A DNA stretch of 64,000 nt from Selaginella moellendorffii (lineage: Eukaryota > Plantae > Lycopodiophyta): positions 16,456 through 80,455 of the forward strand of contig NW_003314420.1 of NCBI RefSeq assembly GCF_000143415.4, read 5' to 3'. The notes under the pieces are model-generated. The model worked only from the letters and a program-made list of their open reading frames with translations. It had not been told where the DNA came from and searched no databases. Position 1 is the first letter of the stretch, and the number at the start of each line of letters is the position of its first letter. Positions 1 to 12,984 of the stretch are shown in pieces. The position numbers and the translations under genes were made by a program.

Positions 1-729
1 TGCATACTGCAGTAAATATTGTTAAAGTAAACGGATATGTGCAGAAAGCCAAAAGGGAGCGGCATGGGTCTCCAGGAAAAATACTGAAGGACGTAAAGGA
101 AAAGCTTGCAAAGTACAAAAGAAATTCCATTTAAGCATCTGCTAACTCAATCTGAACTGCAGATATGCTATCATGGAAGGTTTAGAAACTGCCAGTGACA
201 AATCATCTTTCAGAAGTGCAAGCTCTGGGGATGAAAGAGTGCCAAGAGCAGTTAATACATTGAGGCATCAAAATTCAGGTCTTTTTTTATTGAGTCTCCA
301 TCCGTTCTCATGTGCCCTCTCTTTAGATAACTGCTACGGGATTGAGGCTCGAATTGAAGCTCTACAGAACTATCTTTCCAAATCAAAATAAGTATATAAA
401 ACCCAAAGCTAATCGTGGTCTCTACAAGAGGTTGAAGAGTATATATTTTCATCAAAGTATGAAACCAGCCCATTTAGACATTATTTAAACAAGAAACAGT
501 TGCTCACTCTTTTATATGGAGAAAAGAGTGCGGGAAGAGACCAGATGCCCTATACTTCTTTTTTATGTACTTCTTGATATGTCTCTTCCTTTTACAAGTG
601 GTTGCATAGTATTGCTCCAACTCACTGGACCAGCTTAAGGAAAATAATCTAGGGTGGTGTTAATCTCACAGTGTTAATCTTGCACGAGGTGTGGTTATAA
701 GTTATATGTTGTCCTTTAGATAAAAATTA

Positions 730-1720
730 ATCCTGATCAGAACAAGTCCTACTTCATTGATGGCATTCACAGTGAGAGCATGAGGTAGCACTTGCGTCAT
801 TCCCAACTTACAAAGAGTTTGGAGGAGCTATTTGATATGGCTCATTGACTTGACAATGACAATCACAAGTCCCACAAGTGTTCAAGGAGATTTTTAATTG
901 AGAATTGTAGTGATGATTGTCATGGATACAAGGACAAGAACAAACATTACAAGTTGAAGTTTATAGTGGCTACTCCAAATAAGAAAGGGTAAAAAAAAAA
1001 GAAGTTCTTTGTGGACAATGTTGTCATCATTGTGGTGAGCTTGGCACTACAAGGCTGATTGCCTACAGCTAAAGAATAAGCAGCAGAGCAAGAAGAATGG
1101 TCAATCTTCTAATGTGGTATGTCAGAAATTAAAAAGTTGAAAATTTTGTAGTGGGAGGATAATGAAGAAGATCATTCCAGTTGGAGGAAGAGGCTTTTGA
1201 TTGTTGATCATTGACTCAATTGTGTGTGAAACAAGATGACAGTTGAGGACACTCATGCATCAACTTCAATGCTGAAGGGTGTATTCTGTGGCTGTCCAGT
1301 GCAAATGTCCAGTACTAGACAATAAGTGATAAAAACTTTGTTTCAGAAAAGTTTGATGAGGAGCATGACATAGTGATATGAGGTGTTCTTCCATATATAG
1401 TTGAAAGTGCAGCTACCCCTACACAGCATTTTGATGCTTGTGTAGAGGGCTTGGAAGTGTTGGTTGGCAAAACCACATTGTGGAGACATTTTATCTCACA
1501 AAATCCATTACATGAATCTCATTATTAGGACGTCATAGTTGGCAAAAGTGGATCCAGAAAAAAAGTGGAGCATTAAGTGCATCTCGCTAAAGTATAGTGG
1601 TATTAAGGATGTGTGGTTTGGAGAGGGAGTTCAACTTTCTGTTATTATGCTCTTTACTACATCTTTGAAATAGGGTTTAGATAGATGGAATCCCTCATCC
1701 TTGCCTTTTTTTAGGCCCTC
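730..1720 (+). mobile_element. Heavily degraded LTR-retrotransposon gag/protease relic
   Basis: Frameshifted zinc knuckle CHHCGELG/HYKADC at ~1022-1065, followed by stop-riddled pol-like sequence; no intact ORF. A separate reverse-complement tRNA-iMet PBS (gctctgatacca) lies at 2184-2195. Confidence 0.4.
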
Positions 1721-2630
1721 TTACCATGTAGGAGGACATACAGTCACCTTAAAGCATATGTTTGTGCACTGCAAGTGCCCAATCTTGGTATTTGCATGTA
1801 TGACTTTGACGGCCTTGCATTGTTTCTTGCTGCGCTTTCAGGTCTGGAAAGGGTCAAGCCACTGTAGTCAAGCCTGTGGTTGACTCTACTACTGTCAAAT
1901 CCATTGTTATTGGTGTGCACTGGTTCTTGCTGCTAGAAATGCTACTGAAGCTCCTCTCAATGAATATTCTTCAAACAGTGGGTGGAATCCTTTTGCAGCC
2001 TCCTCTTTGGCTTATTCTTCATCAATGATTATACACCTCCTCTAAGATCCTTAATTTGGAGGCTCTAGAGTCACTCCCATCCAAATTTATAGCATCTCTA
2101 GTCAGCATCTTGCTAAAACTTTGATTATGCCTTTTTGTGCCACTCTCCATAGTGACAAATTACCAAGATATTAAACTTTCAGAGCTCTGATACCAAGGCA
2201 CCCCCATTGGCCCACATCACTAGCAAATATTCCACCACATGGTTAACTTGGGATGAGCTCCTCCAAAGAAGATTTAGAAATGGGAGTGTAGCTCATATGA
2301 TCATGAAATGAGTGTTTGATATACTATCACTATAAATCCTTGGAACTTTGGGGGATATATAACAATAAAATAACACTAAGGGATCTTGGCTTAAGGGGAG
2401 AGAGACAAGGTGTGCTATAAGGGAGAATGGGCACATACATAACTACCGCTGTAAATCTGCCTAGACACTCACAATTGGCCCCTAGCCTTCCTAGTTCCAG
2501 GAAATCCTTCTCAGGAACAAGGCTGTGAGCTGTTGCATGGCATAGATGTAACTATTGTACCCTGGCAAGAATCTAGCAAGTAGCAAGAGTGGAAAGCACT
2601 AAATCCTTACTGACACTAATATATATAACA

Positions 2631-2658
2631 CTAGTAGGGGCCCCAGCTCCGCTGGGAG
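2631..2658 (-). mobile_element. Helitron 3' terminus (hairpin + CTAG)
   Basis: Reverse complement reads tcccagcggagctggggcccctaCTAG|T: a cccag/ctggg hairpin 8 nt before the terminal CTAG. The same motif follows the helicase at 56644. Confidence 0.75.
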
Positions 2659-3040
2659 TAGTAGAGAATATTTTCAATTTGAAAAGATGTAGTTGTAATT
2701 ATTCAAACTATTTCTTTTTTGCTTTCTCTTAGCATGTTTATTTTTATAGATTGCTACTAAGACTTACAACTTTGACTCCAATCTGTGTATTCTACAACTT
2801 TACCAGGTTTACTACTAAGCTTCACCAGCTTTGATTCTAAGATGTGCCTTCTATGGCTTTTGTTTTTTCTCACGACCAGCTTGAGCAAGAAAATCACAAA
2901 CATCATGCAGCAATGGAAGCAACGACAGGTTGGTGACCCTTGTGCGGAAATCCATATTTGCAGTTAAGTTCTTAAATGTTGTGTCATAACTCTCAGAAAT
3001 GGAGCTCTACCTTGGCTGCATTTAAAACTAAAGAATGATT

Positions 3041-3963
3041 GAAATCAGCAAACATGAGGAAGATAAGCAAATTGTAAGTTCAGTGCAGATGATGTACCTG
3101 CTGACAAATTTCACAGATGGTGTCCTCTTTTTAGTTGCACCAGTGCTGTACATACTTTTGATGAGCATACTACCAAACACAAAAGATTAAAAAAAATGAG
3201 GAAGAGCCAGAAAATCACTTAGAACTCTCAGACAACACAAAGAACAAAGTCTCTACCTTCAACCTGTCGCAACAAAAGCATGGGATTTCGGGATTCCCAG
3301 CCTCGTCCTTCTCCTGCCAGATTCTACTTTCGCCCTGCTGGGATTTTAGTGATGGTGGCTTTGTGGAGTGATCTTTGTGATGGTGGTGATGCTACTGAAC
3401 ATGGAAAAACTGGTTTTGGATCAGTAGCGATGAGCTGGTTCCATTCGGATTTGCCCAAACCAGCGCCGAGTCTCTCAATGTTCGTGTGTGGAGAGCAAAG
3501 AACACAACCAGCATGTCTTTGATTCCATGGCAGCCAGGAGCATTGCGCCATGGAACTTACAGCCGGATAGGAGATACCAAACAAGGAGAATTCTAACTCA
3601 AGAAACTTTGCCACACTCAGCAAGGGATGAGTAATTCCCACAGTCGACTTGGATGCATAACTCCATGCAATCTCAACAACATCAAATGAGAAAGAGCGAG
3701 CATGACAAGGAAATCGATGACAAGGGAAAGAAAGAGTACACATGCCTCAAGTGGTCATCAGGGAGAGAGCAACAGGAGTGAGAGAAGACCGGACTCTTGC
3801 TGTGTAGCATTTAAAAGGCTGAAAAACAGAGGTGAGGCATCAGACACCAAGGAAAAAAAGAAAGAAAGAATGATCGAAATCAGCGAATATGAGCAATGTA
3901 AGAAAATCATAAGTTCAGTGCAGATGACGTTACCTGCTGACAAATCTTGCAGATGGTGTTTCC
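3041..3963 (+). repeat. Dispersed ~85-bp direct repeat (3041-3127 and 3876-3963)
   Basis: Both copies read gaaatcagc...aagttcagtgcagatga..tacctgctgacaaat...cagatggtgt. Confidence 0.7.
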
Positions 3964-4656
3964 TTATCCTTATTCCCAGTGGGTACATTGGGAACCGAGA
4001 ACTATTCCAAGCTGCAGTGCTCCTGGCCTCATGGAATAAAAAATGTTCTGGTTTCTATTGAGATAGAGAACACCCTTGATGGAATAAAATAAATGCATTT
4101 AGTGCCATTATGTATCAGTTGCTAAAAGAATGTGGAAGTTATTTGGATATGATTTACATGGGAGATCACATTCAATTGAAAGATTAGATGTGCACTTACC
4201 AAATATACACCATAGAAACACATATGTATCTACTGTGAAAGGGGGCCTCACAAGCACTAGAAACAGACATCTTATTGGAAGGTCAAAAGTTTCATCATAG
4301 AAACCAAAGCAAATCTCTTGTGTTGCCCTTACTTCAATGAGGGCCACAATTGTTTTTAAACATGAAGACTGGTAGATAGTGGAAAGAGCTTTTGGCCAGC
4401 AGTGGAGAATCAGATAAAAAAAACTTGAACAACAACTTAAGTTTTTTGAGAAGATAAAGTACTTTTGCCACTAACTCCTCTGGAGCCGGAGGAAGAAGAT
4501 AAAGTTGCAATCTTTTTTTGCCACTAATACAAGATTAAATTTTATTATTTCAACCAATGCATTTGCATCAAGGCAGCAATAACAATGTTGCCAAAAGTTC
4601 AATAAATGTGAACATTATATAGCAGATAGCACCGAGAAACCCTAGTGTGAGAGATC

Positions 4657-5940
4657 ATGAAGTGCATGGATGATGAGATCAGAAAGGTCAAAGAAAAATT
4701 GAAAGAGGAACTAGTGTTGCGTGTGACAAATATGGATTCAAAGCCTGGTGCTCTGACCAAGAAGTTCTCTGTCACAGATGACAGAGAAATACTCGAGGCA
4801 ATTGCATCACACTGAGTTTCAAGTTTACTAGATTCATGTTGTGCCCATCTGAATTCGTTTGTAAAATTCCTGGACTACACTTTCCCTGAGACAAATGAGA
4901 AACAGTAAGTGTATTTTCCTTTTGATAAAGCATTTTAAACACCAAAATATTCTGTAGGTCATTGATTGTTTCGGATGCATGCTTCCTGGATGGTGGAGTA
5001 TGGAAGCACACACACACAAACCCTATCCTTCAAGATATGAAAGAGGTAAGTCCGTTTCTTGGTTTTTATTCTAAAAAACTGCTACAATTGAACTTGCCAA
5101 GGACATAAACGAGTTCAGGAGTCCATGGAAAAGGTATTTTCACGTCTAAACCAGTTTATTCAGATTGTTCCCTTTGATAGAGGGAGAGACCTCAAAAAAG
5201 GCTGCCATAAAAGAGGTGTACATCAAAGAAATCAGTGACCACTCTTACAGGTGGTCCTTCCGTGCAAGAGTCACACACAAGAACAAGCTGATACATTTCA
5301 ACACGAAAAGATCTGGATGCATAATGTCATTCGACATTGTCTATATCCAGGGAACAGAGATCAGAATTATTGGTTCCAACAATTGTGCCCTGGCTTTGTC
5401 AGATAAGATTGTACAAGTGTATTCATTTTCTGGTAGTGGTGGAATACGACATTCCAATCAGGCATACACTCCATATGAAGCAACATGGGAGATTCAGGCT
5501 AACAAAGGTATGGAGTTTACAGCCCTGGATGAGGATGCAACATTCCCAAGAATCATCCTGGCAAAAACAAGCATCTTAGATGTGTGTCAGAAGGAAAGGG
5601 ACTCTTTTGTCGATGTGGTTGGTATTGTAATATGGATCCGTACAATTACTGTAACATCTTGTGAGAGTGGATCTTTTGTGAAGAAGAGGAACATTGTGTC
5701 TAGGTGATGATTTGGGCCATAGTGTTGATCTATGTCTGTGGGATTTAAAAGAAGAAGAAGAGGGGCTCATATATACAGGAGCAGATAGAGAGTGGAGTTC
5801 AGCCAATAATATGTGTCAAGGGCGGAAAGGTACCAGACTACAGTGGTAAATCACTTTCAGTAATTGGTGTGAGCACCATTCTTAGTGAACCGGAAACGGA
5901 AGCAGTGGCTGATTTGAGAGAATGGATGACAGTTATCTGT
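4657..5940 (+). pseudogene. RPA70/RPA1-like ssDNA-binding protein pseudogene, probably Helitron-borne
   Basis: N-terminal OB-like exon (LVLRVTNM...KFSVTD, with internal TGA); GT-AG introns at ~4905-4957 and ~5046-5164; DBD-A RWSFRARVTHK; DBD-B FVDVVGIV...DDLGHSVDLCLWD...VKGGKVPDYSGKSLS...LREW with frameshifts. A Helitron 3' end lies ~600 bp downstream. Confidence 0.8.
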
Positions 5941-6536
5941 AGCAAGATAGGAATAGAAATGATAGCAAGAAAAATGTTAGAGAGCTCTTCCAGAATTTGC
6001 AAAGGGATTTGATTTTGAGCTTCTCACATTTTCAAAATCTATGAGGAAAAAAGAAATTTAATACAAAGTTAGAAGTGCACAAAGATTTTTCTACTACTCC
6101 CCGCGAACAATAGCACATGATTCTCAAGTGGACAATAAATGACAAATACATCAATAGTTTCAGAATTCAGCATGTTATGATGAACAAACACATAGTCCAC
6201 CAGTAAATACAGTCATTTATAGTTCGACACACATTGCTTGCAGATGCAAAACCAGCCATTCATTAGCAAAAATCCCATTAACATGCCATCCCATTAACTG
6301 CTCTTACCTCCAAAATGCCCAAATAATATACCAAATTGAGGAATATGATTAAGCATGTGTTGAATAATCCTTTTAAGCTTTGAGTCCAAGCTTGTATTCT
6401 ATTCCAGTAAACCGTTTAAAAAATAGTGTTTAGTTGCAATCACAAAGGAAGCACAAAATAAACAAACCAAATGCCTATTACATATTGAAGAGCTTAAGCA
6501 AGTTTTTAATAAATTGTTCTCTTTAGGATTAGCTAT

Positions 6537-6690
6537 CCCAGTGGAGCTGGGTTCCCTGTTAGTATATATTTAAAAGAGCAAGGGCCCTATATTCCAATCT
6601 AGATTCGCATCTAATAAGAATGGTTGGGATAGTGACACATGTGAAAAAAAACAGTTATATATGGCATTTCACAAGTTTTAGGTTTTGTAG
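6537..6690 (+). mobile_element. Helitron 3' terminus joined to a Helitron 5'-like end
   Basis: cccagtggagctggg hairpin + ttccctgTTAG (ends 6562), then tatatatttaaaagagcaagg...gggatagtgacacatgtgaaaaaa. The latter recurs after the terminus at 43791. Confidence 0.7.
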
Positions 6691-8545
6691 GATGTGAGGT
6701 TTCAGTCAAATTCCTCATCAGAGTCAGATGTGAGGCTTTTTTTTGGAGCACCAACATGTTGATGTATTCTAGGTAATCAACCGCTTGCTTAATTCCAGTC
6801 CTTTGAAAATATTGAGAACATTTAAAGAAAAATTACTTGACAGGAAAGCAAGAACATTGTCAAAAAGAAGTTACACCAGATCAAAGGATTGAATACAACA
6901 CTGAATGGCCTTCTATGCACCGAGGATAGCCTCTCAAGCCTTTGAATTTCAGAGTTTGATCAATTGCAAGTCTGCTTCTCTTTTCAGAAAAAAAAAAGCA
7001 ATTTTCCAAACAGGACAAAACCGCGTTTTTTCCAGACAGTATTGAGGAATAATCGTGATCGGAGAGATAAGTTCTTGAGTTCTTAGAAATGTTTAAGTTT
7101 TCGGAACTGAGTTCTTAGAAACTTGATTCTTTTGTCTAAAACTTTTTTTGCAATACTTAATAGGTGTACAACTTGATGGGAGTGAGTACATATAAAAAAT
7201 TCGTCAGAGACTCTTGGAGAGAACAGAACAAGAAGGTGCCAAAGTGGTTAGTGTTTTGCTGACATAGTTTTTGCTGCGTAATTCTAACACTAATTTACTT
7301 CCCAAGGTTTGCACGACTGCTGCCAGTGTTGATGAAGCTGTTCGAGGCCTTCCTGATGCAAGCTGTTGGAAGTTTGTAACCCACCTCTATTGTCTCCCAT
7401 CTCCCAAATGGTTTCCTGAGTATGGATTCTTGGGTTTTGTTGTTGAACTGCAACGACATCATCGTCACGGTCGGAAAGAGCCTTTGGAAAACAAGAATAT
7501 AACTCGAGGTTAATATTTCCTAGCTAAGCACTGAGATTCAAGTGAACCTGGATGATAATTTTCTACAATAGCATAACATGGACCATCTAGTGTCTGTATA
7601 AGTATGAGTCATGGTAATTATCCTGTTTGACACTACTTTTAGAGTTCTCTCAAGTTGACAATATCTACAATGCAGATAAAGTCTTGAGCTCTAGTCTTCA
7701 TCATCCTCCCTTATCCACAAAACGAGTTCCTTCTGATTGAGTTTATTCAAAAGAGGTGGTGCCTCCTGAGGATCCATGCATACCTCATCTGAAACTGGCA
7801 AAAGAAAATGGCGTCAATAAGAAGTACACGAAGAACAAAAAAGAGGAAGATTTACCTACTGAAGTGTGATGGCCATGTCTTGCAGCCTTTGATTGTAGAA
7901 GTCTATCTTGTGAGCCCAAACACAACTGCATATAATATGGTTGAAGCACAGCTGATTAACCATGCATTTGGGACTTTTTTTAATAGTTAGGATTATGCCA
8001 GGAATGAATTCATAGGTGCCACTCTCTTAACATCAAGGTTACAATCTTGACAATCAAGACTCAGGAAGAAGTGGCAGTTGCCACCATGTAGGAGTAGTTA
8101 AGGGAGAGAGTTAACACTTGATCCCTATCCCTATCTCTATCGTATTCTGGCCTATTATCAATGTACATCCATGCCAGATGCACTGGGCCTGGGTTGGAAC
8201 TCAAGTCATCATGTTGTTTCGCACTGCAGGCAGGTACTCCACATTCAAATGTATATATAGCCGCAGATACCACCTACTCAAAAATAAACTGGACATAACC
8301 ATAAAGGAAGTGCATAGAAAGAAAATAGGCAGCTAGCCTCTTTCCACACTCTTTCATAAAAAGATTTGCAGCTAGCCTCGTCCCACATTTTTCTTTCCAA
8401 CGGAGAAATATTATGAAGTGTAACAGTTTCAGCTCCATTAGTTAGGTCACCATAAGGTAATTTGTGAGCTATGCTGTCGTTGTCATTTGTGTCGTGCTAC
8501 TTTTTAGTAAAAAAGAAGTGCAGAGAGTCGGCGGAACATCTTAAA

Positions 8546-11500
8546 ATGATGAACCCGCAGGTACGAAGAAGAAACAAGAAAAAAAGAAAGATACATCATC
8601 ATNNNNNNNNNNNNNNNNNNNNNNNNNNNNNNNNNNNNNNNNNNNNNNNNNNNNNNNNNNNNNNNNNNNNNNNNNNNNNNNNNNNNNNNNNNNNNNNNNN
8701 NNNNNNNNNNNNNNNNNNNNNNNNNNNNNNNNNNNNNNNNNNNNNNNNNNNNNNNNNNNNNNNNNNNNNNNNNNNNNNNNNNNNNNNNNNNNNNNNNNNN
8801 NNNNNNNNNNNNNNNNNNNNNNNNNNNNNNNNNNNNNNNNNNNNNNNNNNNNNNNNNNNNNNNNNNNNNNNNNNNNNNNNNNNNNNNNNNNNNNNNNNNN
8901 NNNNNNNNNNNNNNNNNNNNNNNNNNNNNNNNNNNNNNNNNNNNNNNNNNNNNNNNNNNNNNNNNNNNNNNNNNNNNNNNNNNNNNNNNNNNNNNNNNNN
9001 NNNNNNNNNNNNNNNNNNNNNNNNNNNNNNNNNNNNNNNNNNNNNNNNNNNNNNNNNNNNNNNNNNNNNNNNNNNNNNNNNNNNNNNNNNNNNNNNNNNN
9101 NNNNNNNNNNNNNNNNNNNNNNNNNNNNNNNNNNNNNNNNNNNNNNNNNNNNNNNNNNNNNNNNNNNNNNNNNNNNNNNNNNNNNNNNNNNNNNNNNNNN
9201 NNNNNNNNNNNNNNNNNNNNNNNNNNNNNNNNNNNNNNNNNNNNNNNNNNNNNNNNNNNNNNNNNNNNNNNNNNNNNNNNNNNNNNNNNNNNNNNNNNNN
9301 NNNNNNNNNNNNNNNNNNNNNNNNNNNNNNNNNNNNNNNNNNNNNNNNNNNNNNNNNNNNNNNNNNNNNNNNNNNNNNNNNNNNNNNNNNNNNNNNNNNN
9401 NNNNNNNNNNNNNNNNNNNNNNNNNNNNNNNNNNNNNNNNNNNNNNNNNNNNNNNNNNNNNNNNNNNNNNNNNNNNNNNNNNNNNNNNNNNNNNNNNNNN
9501 NNNNNNNNNNNNNNNNNNNNNNNNNNNNNNNNNNNNNNNNNNNNNNNNNNNNNNNNNNNNNNNNNNNNNNNNNNNNNNNNNNNNNNNNNNNNNNNNCAGT
9601 CATGGTACCATCACTGGTTACAGCACCATGGAGGCTTGTGTGGAGATTACCACCCAAAACCTATATGATGAAATCAAGTTTGAGAATGAGCATGGAGGAG
9701 TTTGGACTCAAGGGTGGAATGTAGAGTACAGGGGTGATGAGTGGGATCACCAGAACCTACGAGTATTCGTTGTTCCTCATTCCCATAATGATCCTGGGTG
9801 GATCAAAACTGTTGAGGAATACTATCAAGAACGCACTCGTCATATTCTTAGCAACGTTGTGAGATCTTTACAAAAGGTTTGCCTCGATCATTTTACAATT
9901 GGTAGCACTTGTGTTCTTTGCCTTAGGATCACAGACGTAAGTTCATATGGGAAGAAGTTTCGTACCTAAAGGAATGGTGGAAGGACGCATCCCCATTAGA
10001 GAAAGATGGTTTTATTGCTCTTGTTAGAAACGGACAACTTGAACTTGTTGGAGGCGGGTGGGTAATGAATGATGAAGTGAGATTTCCTGTCTTCTTTGAC
10101 TTGGATGGTTTTGATTCCATAAATATCTCTTTTTGCAGGCAAATACTCACTACTATGCAATCATTGAACAGGTTAAGGCCTTGAAGCAAGATTTTATTGA
10201 TTTAACTGTGTTGTTTTACAGATGACTGCAGGAAATCTGTGGGTAGTAGACAATATCGGTGTAGCACCAACCAATGCATGGTCCATAGATCCATTTGGTC
10301 ATTCGTCCACTATGGCCTTTCTTCTAAAACGGATGGGATTTAGGAACATGGTCATTCAGCGGACTCATTACGAGGTAAAGAAGTCTCTTGCTTCCAAGAA
10401 GAGTCTAGAGTTCATCTGGCGCCAAAATTGGGACTCCAAAAACACTACAGATATTTTGTGTCATATGATGCCGTTTTACTTTTATGACATACCTCATACG
10501 TGTGGACCGGAACCAGCCGTCTGTTGCCAGTTTGACTTTTGGAGAATACCAGGATATAGTAATGTACTACCTTGTCCGTGGGGAAGACGTCCAGAAGCTA
10601 TCACCGACAAAAATATTGAAGAAAAAGCTGCCATGCTGCTAGACCAGTACCGAAAGAAATCAACGCTGTACAAAACTAACATGCTGCTTGTTCCCCTTGG
10701 GGATGACTTTCGGTACTCCAGCGCAGCAGAAGCAGAGGCTCAGTTTAGTAACTATCAAAAACTTTTTGACTTCATCAATGCAAATTCGAGGATGAAAATG
10801 GATGTGAATTTTGGAACCCTTGAAGACTACTTTCAGGCACTACACGGGACTGGTGTCACTGACTTTCCAGCTCTATCAGGCGATTTTTTTGCGTATGCAG
10901 ACAAAGAAGATGACTACTGGAGTGGATATTACGTCACTCGTCCATTTTACAAGGCCTTAGACAGACTCCTTGAGGAGACACTGCGGGCAGCCAACATACT
11001 CTTCGTTTTCACACAACTAAAATGCAATTCGACTTTTGGTCGCTTGCTTTTGAAAGAGTTCAGACAAAACCTCGTTTTAGCTACAGAAAATCTGGCTCTT
11101 TTCCAACACCATGATGGAATTACAGGTACAGCAACTAATCATGTTGTTGCTGATTATGCAGACCGCATGCATAATTCCCTTGTCGGTCTTCAAAAATCGA
11201 TGCTTGCGAGTGTTGAATTGCTTCTTTTCAACCAAAAGAAACAGAATGCAAACTGGTTTGAACTGGAACAAAGTCGCTCCCATTTTACTTTGTTACCGGT
11301 AAAGAAGGTAATAAACCTAACAGCTAACCATATGCATCGGGTGACTATCTTCAATCCACTTGCCATGATCGTGGATCATGTTATGGTACTTTTAGTTGAC
11401 AGCCCTCTATTCTGTGTTTTCGATAAAAAAATGAGAAGTATTAAAAGCCAAGTAGCTCCAGAATGGACAAAGGAGTCTTTATTTACTGGAAGACACAGAG

Positions 11501-12879
11501 CTCAATGGGAAACACACCTTCCTGCTCTCGGGTTTGAGACGTACTTCCTGATGGAATCGAACAGCTACGGTTTTTGCCAGAAGGCTGTTCTAGCGACACT
11601 AACTATTTCAGAGAATGGCATAGCTTGTCCAGAGCCTTATCAGTGTACCACATTTCCAAACTCTAAAGACATTCAGATCTCCACCAGGACACAAACGTTG
11701 GGTTTTTCTCATTCTGGTTTCATGAAATGGATCAAAGACACTCAGACTCAGGAAAAAATCAGAGTAGAGGAAGAGATGCTTTATTACTCTACACAAGGTG
11801 GTGCATATGTTTTTTCTCCTTTACGTGAGGCTGATCCCCTTGTTGAGAAAGGTGGTTTGCTAATAATGGCACAGGGACCTATCATGGAAGAATTGCATCT
11901 CGTTCCAAAAAGCAAATTTGGAGGAAAGCCCATTATGAGATCAGCAAGAATTTTTAAAATGACAAGTATTGTGGAAATGGAGTACTATGTTGAGCTCACT
12001 GGAAGAGTTTTTGACAACAAAGAGGTTATTGTTCGGTTCAAAACTGGGATTGAAAACAAGAGAACATTTTTTACGGATTCAAATGGTTTTCAAGCAGTTG
12101 CCCGGAAAACTTATGACAAAATTCCGCTGCAAGGAAACTACTATCCAATGTCTTCGTTAGCTTGCTTGCAAGGACATGGACACAGGTTTTCTGTACATAG
12201 TAGACAGGCATTAGGTGCGGCCAGCCTTGGAAACGGATGGCTAGAAATGATGCTTGACAGGAGGTTGTCCACGGATGATGGCAGAGGCCTAGAACAAGGA
12301 ATTATGGATAATAGACCCGTCAACATAGTTTTCCACCTTCTTTTGGAAAAAAATATTTCTGAGCAACCACCTTCGTCGTCTCAGATGCAATCACTGTTGT
12401 CACATTCTATTGGGGCGAAACTGAACTATCAGCCAATTGTCTATTTGGGAAAGGCTGAAGCTTTTGAAAACTCAGAGGTTGGCTCTTTGGTGTTAATGCA
12501 AAAGGAATTTCCTTGCGATGTTCACCTTGTCAATTTGAAGTCACTTAAATCGTCTCATGAGAGATCTGATGTTCTGCAGTACGGACTGACCCTCTATCGC
12601 AGTGGATGGGACAGATCGTATGAGAAAAACGGATTCAAAGTTTATGATGAACAGGGTCTGAATCTTTTCGATATATTTCAGCCAGTCCAGGTTCAGAATA
12701 TTGTTCAGTCGAGCATCAATTTTGTCCACGACTCCATACAGGTTGGTTATATAGAACAGACCCCCAGAATGGAAAGAGCAGGACCTGGGAAGAGGAAAGG
12801 TTTTATTGATCTAAATCCAATGGAGCTGCAAGCTTTTAAGTTTTCAGCAGTAAAGCAAGATGCCACCATATCTGAGTAA
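8546..12879 (+). CDS. GMII: Golgi alpha-mannosidase II (GH38), spliced; 5' part interrupted by an assembly gap
   Basis: Exons <9597-9876, 9927-10076, 10139-10171, 10222-12879 with GT-AG introns of 50, 62 and 50 bp that restore one frame. Zn-binding HSHNDPGW, RKFIWEE, GGGWVMNDEA, nucleophile AWSIDPFGHS, GDDF, YWSGYY, QHHDGITGT. ATG at 8546 with a basic tail is a tentative start. Confidence 0.93.
8603..9596. other. Assembly gap (N run) inside the GMII 5' region
   Basis: N run. Other gaps lie at 15297-15458, 40860-41477 and 62342-62441. Confidence 0.99.
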
Positions 12880-12984
12880 TTTAGCCAATGAGAAGAAAAA
12901 ATCCACTGGGTCTGAAACTTTCCTCAGATTTCAAAAACAATGGCTAAGAAAGTTACTAACATTTCTCCACTCAGGTCAGGCCTG

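Noticed and set aside
173-391. Possible 3' end of a gene at the window start
   Set aside because: No recognisable motif; cannot be supported.
3324-3743. 139-aa minus-strand ORF between the 85-bp repeats
   Set aside because: Could be a captured exon, but I cannot assign homology.
8471-9724. 417-aa and 352-aa ORFs (and those at 40840-41537)
   Set aside because: They span N gaps and are artefacts.
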